Shown piece by piece: positions 1 through 7,507 of a stretch of DNA of 46,609 nucleotides. How positions within the stretch are numbered: the stretch's first letter is position 1; each line of letters starts with the position of its first letter. The position numbers were made by a program, and so were the translations under genes. Origin of the DNA: a virus (taxonomy: Duplodnaviria > Caudoviricetes); the IMG/VR virus record IMGVR_UViG_3300037692_000066, positions 1 through 46,609 of that record. One strand, 5' to 3'. The notes under the pieces are model-generated. The model made no database searches. It had not been told where the DNA came from and was given only the letters and a program-made list of their open reading frames with translations.

Positions 1-12
1 ATGCGTTCAACC
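1..12. repeat. 12-bp terminal direct repeat, left copy (candidate cohesive end)
   Basis: ATGCGTTCAACC at 1-12 is identical to 46598-46609. It lies about 150 bp upstream of terS in a phage with a GpA-type terminase. Confidence 0.75.
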
Positions 13-47
13 CCCCAAATACACATCCTTAATCCAAAATCCAAAAC

Positions 48-208
48 TGTCTAATCATTTACTTTTCACAATGTCAATAAGTTATAAAAAGAAAAACACA
101 CAATTTTTAAACAAATTAGACACTTTGTTGGCTTTGTCTAAATTTTGTCTAATTTTGTCTAACAAATGCAATACAAAGTATCTAAAATAGCCGAAATGAT
201 GTGTCTAA
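48..208. repeat. Cluster of TGTCTAA motifs, candidate terminase-binding sites
   Basis: TTTGTCTAA at 133-141, 144-152 and 154-162; TGTCTAA at 48-54 and 202-208; inverted TTAGACA at 116-122. Confidence 0.5.
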
Positions 209-774
209 AAGCTCCAACCATACACAAATGGGGGGAGCGCGGAAAGGTATTGATTGAAGGGGGGCTTATAGATTTGGAAATTGAACCTAACAAAACATTC
301 TTTACTGAAAAAGGATTAATCGCCGGATGGCAAAAGTCAGAACCAAAGAAAGACGAGGGTCAAAAATCAGAACAAGGGATAATCGAAATAAAACCAACAA
401 GAGAAACCGGCGCAAACTCTAGGGAAAATGTATCCGAAACACAAAAAAACAATATTCTAAAACGCGCAAAAACAAAAGAGGAGCTAGATTTCCTAAAGCT
501 CAGAAATGAAAAAATACGAGGAGATTTAATCCCAAAAGATTTAGTAGGAAGGGTTACAGCGGAGGTAATTGCTCGTTACAAATCTACATTTGTCCAACAA
601 ACAGACGAATTGATAAGAGATGTTTGCAATGAAAATGGAATATCGAACGAAAAAAGAACCGAACTACTAACTAAACTCACGCTGATTGCAAATGAAAGTT
701 CAAAACGAGCAAACCAGGAGGCTAAAATAGCAATTGAAAACAGCGTATCTGATAGTTTGAGCGCAATGAAATAG
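166..774 (+). CDS. terS: Terminase small subunit (Nu1-like)
   Basis: N-terminal wHTH-like segment, coiled coil ending 'LKLRNEKIRGDLIP', position next to the genome end and upstream of a GpA terminase. Confidence 0.7.
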   Translation: MQYKVSKIAEMMCLKAPTIHKWGERGKVLIEGGLIDLEIEPNKTFFTEKGLIAGWQKSEPKKDEGQKSEQGIIEIKPTRETGANSRENVSETQKNNILKRAKTKEELDFLKLRNEKIRGDLIPKDLVGRVTAEVIARYKSTFVQQTDELIRDVCNENGISNEKRTELLTKLTLIANESSKRANQEAKIAIENSVSDSLSAMK

Positions 775-817
775 CATAACAATTACATAAAAGGATAGAA
801 AACTAATTTTAAATATT

Positions 818-1681
818 ATGAAAATAGGATTGATCGACATAGACGGGAAATACCCAAACTTGGCATTGATGAAAATTAGTGCTTATCATAAATCACTTGG
901 GCATGATGTGGAATTTGCAAAACTCACACACTATGATAAATTGTACATAAGTAAGCTATTCAAGTTTTCTGAAATTAATTACAATACACTGACAACGGCA
1001 AAGGAAATATGTATTGGAGGAAGTGGATATGATTTAAGTGTAAGATTGCCCGAAGAAATAGAATTGCAGGATCCTGATTATTCGATCTATCCAAATTGCA
1101 ATTTTTCACTACAATTTTATTCTCGTGGCTGTATTCGTAAATGCCCTTTTTGTATTGTGCATGAAAAAGAAGGTAAAATTCAATCAGTTAAAAAATTAGA
1201 TTTAAACCCTAAAGGAGAATGGATCGAAGTTTTAGATAATAATTTCTTTGCAAATCCCAATTGGCGTGAAGCAATAGAAGATTTACAGGCTACAAAGCAG
1301 AAAGTAAATTTACATGGCGTAGATGTTAGAATAATGGATGAAGAGCAAGCACAGGCTTTAAATAGCTTAAAACACCACAAGCAAATACACATTGCTTGGG
1401 ATAATCCAAAAGATAACATTTTGCCTAAAATAGAAGCTATGCTGAAATGGATTAAGCCTTACAAAATTATGTGCTATGTGCTTATTGGCTATTGGAGTAC
1501 TCCCGAACAAGATTTACAAAGAATAGAGGCGTTGAGAAAATTAAAAATAGATCCATTTGTTATGCCATTTAATAAATCGGATCCGTACCAAAAAGCATTT
1601 GCAAGATGGGTAAATCACAAGGCAGTTTTTAAAACTTGCTCTTGGGAAGAATATAAGAGCGGAAAGCACAACGCTTTTTAA
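818..1681 (+). CDS. Radical SAM protein (cassette 1 cargo)
   Basis: CxxxCxxC motif RGCIRKCPFC, LDNNF motif, N-terminal 'PNLALMKISAYHK' typical of a phage radical SAM family. Confidence 0.85.
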   Translation: MKIGLIDIDGKYPNLALMKISAYHKSLGHDVEFAKLTHYDKLYISKLFKFSEINYNTLTTAKEICIGGSGYDLSVRLPEEIELQDPDYSIYPNCNFSLQFYSRGCIRKCPFCIVHEKEGKIQSVKKLDLNPKGEWIEVLDNNFFANPNWREAIEDLQATKQKVNLHGVDVRIMDEEQAQALNSLKHHKQIHIAWDNPKDNILPKIEAMLKWIKPYKIMCYVLIGYWSTPEQDLQRIEALRKLKIDPFVMPFNKSDPYQKAFARWVNHKAVFKTCSWEEYKSGKHNAF

Positions 1682-1685
1682 TTAA

Positions 1686-1781
1686 TGGTAACGATGGGGC
1701 TATGTTTTCGGTTGGCTTTGCAGAAATTGTCAAGTTACCGAAAAACTTAATTAGCCAACTGAAATATAGCCGTTGTTAGCA
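1686..1781 (+). mobile_element. attC-like hairpin site 1
   Basis: TGGTAAC, then arms GGCTATGTTTTCGGTTGGC (1698-1716) and GCCAACTGAAATATAGCC (1754-1771), then GTTAGCA (1775). Confidence 0.75.
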
Positions 1782-1867
1782 AATCGGCTTGCTCGTGCGA
1801 TTTTTCAGATAGATACTGGGATAAAAATGGCAGCAAATGCTTAAAATGTGGCAAACACTTTTCTTAG
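1775..1867 (+). pseudogene. Start-less Cys-rich mini-ORF in cassette 2 (VSKSACSCDFSDRYWDKNGSKCLKCGKHFS)
   Basis: Open frame from the GTT at 1775 to TAG at 1865-1867, with a CxC...CxxC pattern. An in-frame TGA lies upstream at 1760-1762. Confidence 0.4.
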
Positions 1868-1877
1868 CAAGCTGTTT

Positions 1878-1930
1878 GCATAACGTTGAGTATAAACCAT
1901 CGTTTTAATGTGGTTTATACATTGTTGTAC
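1878..1930 (+). mobile_element. attC-like hairpin site 2
   Basis: GCATAAC, perfect arms GTATAAACCA (1890-1899) and TGGTTTATAC (1911-1920), then GTTGTAC (1924). Confidence 0.7.
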
Positions 1931-1967
1931 ATCTGTATTGCGGTATTAAAAAACAAAACTTTGAATT

Positions 1968-3062
1968 ATGCACGAACACAGTAATAACATTTTTGAGCGA
2001 GGGCAAATGGCTGACGAAGGAAGCCAAGGAATTAACGTACTTTCTCTTTTTAACGGAATGAGTACAGGACATACCGCGCTTGACAATGTAGGAATCAAAG
2101 TAGATAAATATTACAGTAGCGAGCTGAAACCTTATGCAATAGAATTGACACAATATCACTATCCTGAAACAATACAATTAGGCGATGTAAATAATTGGCA
2201 TGAATGGGATATTGATTGGAAAAGTATTGATTTGCTTTTAAGCGGAAGCCCTTGCAAGGATTTAAGTGGCGCAGGAAAAAGAGCCGGAATATATGGTGAA
2301 AATAGTGGTTTGTTTTGGCGATTCATTGAAATATACGAACACATAAAAGAACTAAACCCAAATATAATTTTCTTCCAGGAAAACGTAGGAAGTGCATCTA
2401 AAACAGATATTGGTATAATGAGTAGGGCAATGGGAATTTATCCTTGTAGAATTAACTCTGAACTTGTTACAGCACAACAACGTGATAGATATTACTGGAC
2501 CAATGCACGAACAAAGCAAACAATGTTTGATACCGTAACAGATATACCATACCCACAGGATAGAGGTATTTTGCTTAAAGATATTATTGAAAATGGTTAT
2601 GTTGACCGAGATAAAGGACGTGCGATTTTAGAAAGTGAAAGCCGACTAAATACCGATATGAAAAAACTATTGAGAAGATACAAAACTACAGGATTTGGAA
2701 ACGTTGTTTATTGTGTTGCTCAAAGAGGACGTGGAAGCGGAAAAGGAAATTACACCCAACAATATGAAGTAAACAAAACACAAAAAAGCAATACCATTAC
2801 TTTAGTAGATAAAGATAATGCTGTATTTAATGGCGAAGAAATAAGACCATTTACAAAGGTTGAACTTTGTAGATTACAAGGCTTTCCGGATAATCATTGT
2901 GATATATTGAGCAGAAATAAAGCAGCTTCTCTTTTAGGCGATGGTTGGACTTTGCCAATTATAGAACACATCTTCCAATATTTACCTTTTAAAAAAGCGA
3001 GGGAAGAAAAAAATGTTATTACGGAATATAAGCACGAACCATTGAATGAAACAGGAACGTAG
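1968..3062 (+). CDS. DNA cytosine-C5 methyltransferase (cassette 3 cargo)
   Basis: Motifs SLFNG (I), GSPC (IV), ENV (VI), QQRDRYYW (VIII), RLQGFP (IX), LGDGW (X). Confidence 0.92.
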   Translation: MHEHSNNIFERGQMADEGSQGINVLSLFNGMSTGHTALDNVGIKVDKYYSSELKPYAIELTQYHYPETIQLGDVNNWHEWDIDWKSIDLLLSGSPCKDLSGAGKRAGIYGENSGLFWRFIEIYEHIKELNPNIIFFQENVGSASKTDIGIMSRAMGIYPCRINSELVTAQQRDRYYWTNARTKQTMFDTVTDIPYPQDRGILLKDIIENGYVDRDKGRAILESESRLNTDMKKLLRRYKTTGFGNVVYCVAQRGRGSGKGNYTQQYEVNKTQKSNTITLVDKDNAVFNGEEIRPFTKVELCRLQGFPDNHCDILSRNKAASLLGDGWTLPIIEHIFQYLPFKKAREEKNVITEYKHEPLNETGT

Positions 3063-3071
3063 CAATATTGT

Positions 3072-3165
3072 GTACAACGGTTGAAGCTATGCACCGTAAA
3101 GCATAGCACAGTGTTTAATTTTAGTACAAACTTATCCGCTTTATGGTGTATAGCTTGTGTTAGCA
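3072..3165 (+). mobile_element. attC-like hairpin site 3
   Basis: GTACAAC, arms AAGCTATGCACCGTAAAGC (3084-3102) and GCTTTATGGTGTATAGCTT (3138-3156), then GTTAGCA (3159). Confidence 0.78.
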
Positions 3166-3179
3166 AACGTTTTTTAATT

Positions 3180-3389
3180 ATGAAAAGAAAATTTTTAAAA
3201 GTAGCAAAAGAATTAGGATTTAAAATTATATCATACAAATCAACCGTATCTGATATGGGATGCAGAATTGTTGATATAACTGTTGAGAAGAATGGTAAAC
3301 AATTTTCTGATGATTGGGGTTACTGGTCATACCAAAAAGAAGATGCACCTGATTACTTTAGAAGAGGGCTTCTTAAATATGTTTGCTAA
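3180..3389 (+). CDS. Hypothetical protein (cassette 4 cargo)
   Basis: ATG at 3180 after an AT-rich leader. The stop TAA lies inside the TAAC core of the next site. Confidence 0.65.
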   Translation: MKRKFLKVAKELGFKIISYKSTVSDMGCRIVDITVEKNGKQFSDDWGYWSYQKEDAPDYFRRGLLKYVC

Positions 3390-3514
3390 CGGTGGTGGTA
3401 TGGTGTCGTAGCGGATTAAAAGCACCAACCTATCGAATAAAATAAAACTTAATACAATGCGAATAACTTCAAATACAGCACAATCCCCGCTATGCACTAT
3501 ACCACGTGTTACTG
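3384..3514 (+). mobile_element. attC-like hairpin site 4
   Basis: TGCTAAC, arms GTGGTATGGTGTCGTAGCGG (3395-3414) and CCGCTATGCACTATACCAC (3487-3505), then GTTACTG (3508). Confidence 0.78.
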
Positions 3515-4251
3515 GCAGTACGGCTTTAACGCACGGTTCTCTTTTCTCTGGGATTGGTGGATTTGAAATTGGGGCAGAAAGAGCTGGAATAAAAACACTT
3601 TGGAATTGTGAATTTGAAAACTACCAACGTAATATTTTAAAGAAAATTGATAAAGATGCAGAACAATATACAGACGTTAGAACCGCAGAAATCAAAAGAT
3701 ATGTGGACATTATTAGTGGAGGATTTCCGTGTCAAGACATTAGCGTTGCAGGAAAAATGGAAGGTATCAAAGGAGAACGCAGTGGGCTTTGGAGTGAAAT
3801 GTGGAGAATTATTAGGGAAATTAGACCTAAATACGTCATCATTGAAAATAGTCCAGCTTTACTTATTCGAGGATTTGAGCAAGTCTTATGCGACCTTTCC
3901 AAAATCGGGTATGATGCAGAATGGCAATGTATATCAAACATTGCTTTTGGATACCCACACAAAAGGGAAAGACTGTACGCTATTGCCTACTCCAACGAAA
4001 TCGGATTACAAAGCGACATTTGCAAACAAAGAGCCACTAACTCGATATTTAGAAAGTGGACATCAAATCAGAATGATGGATATACTTTGTCAAAAAGGGT
4101 TCACGAAATCCCAGCGTGTGATGTTATTAGAAATGGCGATGGGTTTCAAAGCTGGACACACAGAGTTGGAAGTGTCGGAAATTCCGTAAATCCAACATTA
4201 GCACATTATCTATTTGAGTGCATAAAAGTTCATTATGAAGCACTCACGTAG
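3457..4251 (+). CDS. DNA cytosine-C5 methyltransferase, alpha-like subunit (cassette 5 cargo)
   Basis: SLFSGIGG, GGFPCQD, ENS, HKRER and GNSV motifs. Motif IX is not evident in this frame. Confidence 0.9.
   Translation: MRITSNTAQSPLCTIPRVTGSTALTHGSLFSGIGGFEIGAERAGIKTLWNCEFENYQRNILKKIDKDAEQYTDVRTAEIKRYVDIISGGFPCQDISVAGKMEGIKGERSGLWSEMWRIIREIRPKYVIIENSPALLIRGFEQVLCDLSKIGYDAEWQCISNIAFGYPHKRERLYAIAYSNEIGLQSDICKQRATNSIFRKWTSNQNDGYTLSKRVHEIPACDVIRNGDGFQSWTHRVGSVGNSVNPTLAHYLFECIKVHYEALT
3656..4189 (+). CDS. Overlapping alternative-frame methyltransferase beta-like subunit
   Basis: Long nested ORF with 'FPKSGMMQNG', 'LLPTP' and a motif IX-like 'EMAMGFKAGHT'. Same layout as the M.EcoHK31I alpha/beta pair. 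Confidence 0.7.
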   Translation: MQNNIQTLEPQKSKDMWTLLVEDFRVKTLALQEKWKVSKENAVGFGVKCGELLGKLDLNTSSLKIVQLYLFEDLSKSYATFPKSGMMQNGNVYQTLLLDTHTKGKDCTLLPTPTKSDYKATFANKEPLTRYLESGHQIRMMDILCQKGFTKSQRVMLLEMAMGFKAGHTELEVSEIP

Positions 4252-4257
4252 TATTGC

Positions 4258-4381
4258 CAGTAACGGATTAGTGTATGAGCAGTAGCCGAACACAGACCTT
4301 GATTAGAAGTAGAAACTTAAATATTAACAACTGCAATAGTTTAAAACGCCTAACGGCTATTGCTTATACACTTTGTTAGGC
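4258..4381 (+). mobile_element. attC-like hairpin site 5
   Basis: CAGTAAC, arms AGTGTATGAGCAGTAGCCG (4270-4288) and CGGCTATTGCTTATACACT (4354-4372), then GTTAGGC (4375). Confidence 0.78.
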
Positions 4382-4391
4382 AACGTTTATT

Positions 4392-4679
4392 ATGGAAAAA
4401 TTAAACAAATTAATTCAAAGATGTAAGTGTGGTGTTTACCTTACAGTAAATTCACATCGTGATTATTACGAAACGGTAGAACAACATTTTAAATCAAATC
4501 CAATAAATGAAGAAGATTTAGAAGATATTTATAAAGATGTTTATGAAAAAATGAAAGAGTTAAATATTATAATAGAACTACAATATTATCCAGATACACC
4601 AATCGGATTTTATAAAGTTTATCATTATGATTTACAAATGGCAATTGACGAAGCACTGTCTTCTTTAAATGTTGCCTAA
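4392..4679 (+). CDS. Hypothetical protein (cassette 6 cargo)
   Basis: 95-aa ORF. Its stop lies in GTTGCCTAAC, which is complementary to the cassette start GTTAGGCAAC. Confidence 0.75.
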   Translation: MEKLNKLIQRCKCGVYLTVNSHRDYYETVEQHFKSNPINEEDLEDIYKDVYEKMKELNIIIELQYYPDTPIGFYKVYHYDLQMAIDEALSSLNVA

Positions 4680-4692
4680 CTTACTTATATAA
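4666..4692 (+). mobile_element. Truncated attC-like half-site at the array end
   Basis: TAAATGTTGCCTAAC followed by TTACTTATA. No matching right arm or GTT was seen. Confidence 0.5.
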
Positions 4693-4714
4693 CAACTTCA
4701 ATAAATTGAACCTT

Positions 4715-4948
4715 ATGCAACTAACTGATAAAGAGCAAAAAACAATAGATAAGTTTGTTAATTTCATAATGGATAACAATGTATCAAATGAGTTTTTGGT
4801 TCAAATTATTGAACTTGCAGGAGGATTTGTGGATGTCGAAAGCATTCAAGATAGGGCAAAACGCACAGGGCTAAGCTATAATGGAGTGAAAAAAACAAGA
4901 AATATACAAAAGATATTCGGACAAAATTTTGTAATAGGCAAAGAATAA
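4715..4948 (+). CDS. Small hypothetical protein, possible HTH
   Basis: 'SIQDRAKRTGLSYNGVKK' is HTH-like. The stop overlaps the terL start. Confidence 0.6.
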   Translation: MQLTDKEQKTIDKFVNFIMDNNVSNEFLVQIIELAGGFVDVESIQDRAKRTGLSYNGVKKTRNIQKIFGQNFVIGKE

Positions 4949-6954
4949 TGACACACGTAGATTACCTTTTATCTCTTTACGAATCAGAAATCACAACCGA
5001 ACTTCCAAGCGAATGGGCTGCAAATAATCGTATATTGACTTCTGATGTAACAGCCTTTCCCGGCAAAGCATCTTTGGATAGATTTCCATATTGGAAAGAG
5101 CCGCTAGATTTACTATCTCCAGACGACCCGACACACATAATTACAATTATGGGGGGTGCTCAAATTGGAAAATCAACGAATTTTATAGAATCTGGAATAG
5201 GGTATTTAATAAAAAACCATCCCGGAAACATAGTCTTGACTTCTGCGGACAAAGAAATGACCAAAACTCAAATGTCAAAGAAAATTGACAACATGTTAGC
5301 TAATTCAGGATTAAGCTATTTGATACGCCCAAACACCATAAAGAAAAAGAACCTAAAAACAGGGGATAGAGACGACATGAAAGAGTTTCCGGGCGGCTCT
5401 TTAATGGCCCAATCGGTTAAAGCAGTAGATAAAATCAAACAAAACTCTTTTAGATACGGATTTTTTGACGATTTTGAAGCGGCTGTAAGGGGTCAAAAAC
5501 AAGCCGGTGATATTTTAGATTTATTATTTATGCGATTTAATTCGTTTAAAGATAAAATGAAAATATCCATCCTTTCAACTCCGGAGGTAAAACAAAGCTC
5601 TATGATTGAGCCGGCTTTTTTGATGGGGGACCAAAGATATTATAATATGCATTGCCCTAAATGCGGAGATCTTATAAATTATATTTGGAATAAGACCGAG
5701 GAAGAAACAGGCGAGATTGTTGGTGTGTATTTTGAAAAAGATGAAAATAATAAGTTAATAGAAAAAAGCGTAGGATATGTTTGTCAGAAATGCGGGGGTT
5801 TTTTCAAGGAAACGCATAAAAAAGATATGATGAGTTTAGGAAATGGGGCTATTTGGATTCCAACAGCTGAACCAAGCCGACCAGACTGGAAGAGTTATCA
5901 TATTTCAGGTCTTTATTCGCCTCCAGGATTCTTTGATTGGACGCACCACGTCCGCCAATGGATGAATATTTTTCCCGAAAACGGAATAATTCAAGAATCA
6001 AAATTACAAGTTTTTACAAATTTAGTTTTGGGATTGACATACGAAGAAACTGCAAAAAATACAGATGCTTCGCTAATTTCAAGAAACCTAAGAGAATATA
6101 AAATCGGAGTTATACCGGATGAATTTGCCGAAAGTGACGGAAACGGAAAAATAATCATGCTAACTTGTGCTTGTGACTTAAACGGATTTGAGGACGATTG
6201 TAGATTAGATTATGAAATTGTTGCTCACTCGCAAAGCGGCTCTACTTATTCAATCGAACACGGAAGTGTAGGTACGTTTCAAAGAGGAGCTTCAAAAGAA
6301 GGGCGTGAGCTGTGGAATTACTTTGTAGGGCAACCACGTAATGTGTGGGATGTATTCCGTGAAATTGTAAGCCGTGAATTTGAAATGCAATCAGGAAAGA
6401 AAATGCGTATAGTAGCTACCGGAGTAGATAGCGGACACTTTACACAGCATGTCTACCAATTTGTCGAACAAGGCATTCCAAATATGTATGCAGTTTCATT
6501 AAAGGGTGATGCAGACGAAAGAAGCCGACCAACTAGAGCCGACACAATGACGTTTAAAAAATCCCGTGAGCGCTTCGATATGTATCTAGTTCAAACTAAC
6601 CAAATCAAAGACTATGTTTCAGAGTGCATGAAACTAAAACAAATTGACAGCGCACAACCAGCAGGGTTTATGAATTATCCAAGCCCCGAGAATGGACTAT
6701 ACGATTACCGTTATTTTGACCAATACGAAGCAGAAGTAAGGCGACCTGTTAACTCGAAGAATGGAATAGAGATAGCGTATGTTTGGGAGAAAAAAACATC
6801 TCAATCAGCCAACCACTGGTTTGACTGCCGAGTTTACAATATTGCTATTCGTGATATTTTCGCTTATAATCTAGTTAAGGCTTATAATTCAACTGCAAAA
6901 ATCAAAGTAGAGTACACTTGGGCTAATTTTGTGAAATTGATACTAAACCAATAG
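4948..6954 (+). CDS. terL: Terminase large subunit, GpA family
   Basis: Walker A GAQIGKST, Walker B-like FFDDFE, STP motif, CPKC and CQKC, C-terminal NHWFDC nuclease motif. Confidence 0.95.
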   Translation: MTHVDYLLSLYESEITTELPSEWAANNRILTSDVTAFPGKASLDRFPYWKEPLDLLSPDDPTHIITIMGGAQIGKSTNFIESGIGYLIKNHPGNIVLTSADKEMTKTQMSKKIDNMLANSGLSYLIRPNTIKKKNLKTGDRDDMKEFPGGSLMAQSVKAVDKIKQNSFRYGFFDDFEAAVRGQKQAGDILDLLFMRFNSFKDKMKISILSTPEVKQSSMIEPAFLMGDQRYYNMHCPKCGDLINYIWNKTEEETGEIVGVYFEKDENNKLIEKSVGYVCQKCGGFFKETHKKDMMSLGNGAIWIPTAEPSRPDWKSYHISGLYSPPGFFDWTHHVRQWMNIFPENGIIQESKLQVFTNLVLGLTYEETAKNTDASLISRNLREYKIGVIPDEFAESDGNGKIIMLTCACDLNGFEDDCRLDYEIVAHSQSGSTYSIEHGSVGTFQRGASKEGRELWNYFVGQPRNVWDVFREIVSREFEMQSGKKMRIVATGVDSGHFTQHVYQFVEQGIPNMYAVSLKGDADERSRPTRADTMTFKKSRERFDMYLVQTNQIKDYVSECMKLKQIDSAQPAGFMNYPSPENGLYDYRYFDQYEAEVRRPVNSKNGIEIAYVWEKKTSQSANHWFDCRVYNIAIRDIFAYNLVKAYNSTAKIKVEYTWANFVKLILNQ

Positions 6955-7121
6955 CCTAAATATCAGCACTTTACAAATAAATCTACCTTGTAAAAATATA
7001 GAACATATTTGCAGTATTATAACTACCTAATATACAGCTAATTATAAAACTTAATTCCAAACACATTGTAATTATACGTCTTATATTTACTATTCTAAAG
7101 CCGTTAATTATGTTAAATAGG
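6953..7121 (+). other. Candidate Xer (cer/dif-like) recombination site with accessory region, copy 1
   Basis: TTATGTTAAAT at 7108-7118 equals the canonical XerD arm. The ~170 bp region is homologous to 26802-26975. Confidence 0.55.
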
Positions 7122-7246
7122 TATCTAAATGTTAAAGCTATGTTAAATATGTAATTATATCGAAAATAATTATAAATATATAGTGATATATATATAAATA
7201 TTGTGTATCTTTACTATATCAAAATGAAACAATAAAACATACAACG

Positions 7247-7489
7247 ATGAAAACAACAATGACATTTACAGAAGCTCACATAGTTGAACTAAACAGAATA
7301 ACTACTTTAAACGTATTTGCTTCTAAAATAGCCACTACCATTTTAAGCAAAGATTTTTACTCAGCTTCTTCAAAACAAGTTGATATTTTAAATCAAGTTT
7401 CAGAAATTGAGTTTTATATATCTGACAGTTATTCAAATCAATATATGGAAACTGCACAACAAAGACAACGTAATTTAATGTATTTATAA
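7247..7489 (+). CDS. Hypothetical protein
   Basis: 80-aa ORF after a promoter-like AT-rich region with an A-rich leader. Confidence 0.65.
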   Translation: MKTTMTFTEAHIVELNRITTLNVFASKIATTILSKDFYSASSKQVDILNQVSEIEFYISDSYSNQYMETAQQRQRNLMYL

Positions 7490-7507
7490 TCATAAAAACT
7501 AAGCAAA

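Noticed and set aside
774-800. GCATAAC after the terS stop as a left-border site
   Set aside because: No arms or downstream GTT are present, and the resemblance to the expected cassette 1 start is too weak.
3081-3179. Extended TTG start of the 3180 gene given in the ORF track
   Set aside because: It runs through the whole hairpin site. The ATG at 3180 with an AT-rich leader is the more plausible start, though the in-frame read-through is noted as a finding.
1686-4381. Hairpin sites read as ordinary terminators or a CRISPR array
   Set aside because: They lack T-tails, most have loops of tens of nucleotides, are not identical repeats, and share the AAC/TAT/ATA/GTT pattern with cross-cassette complementarity.
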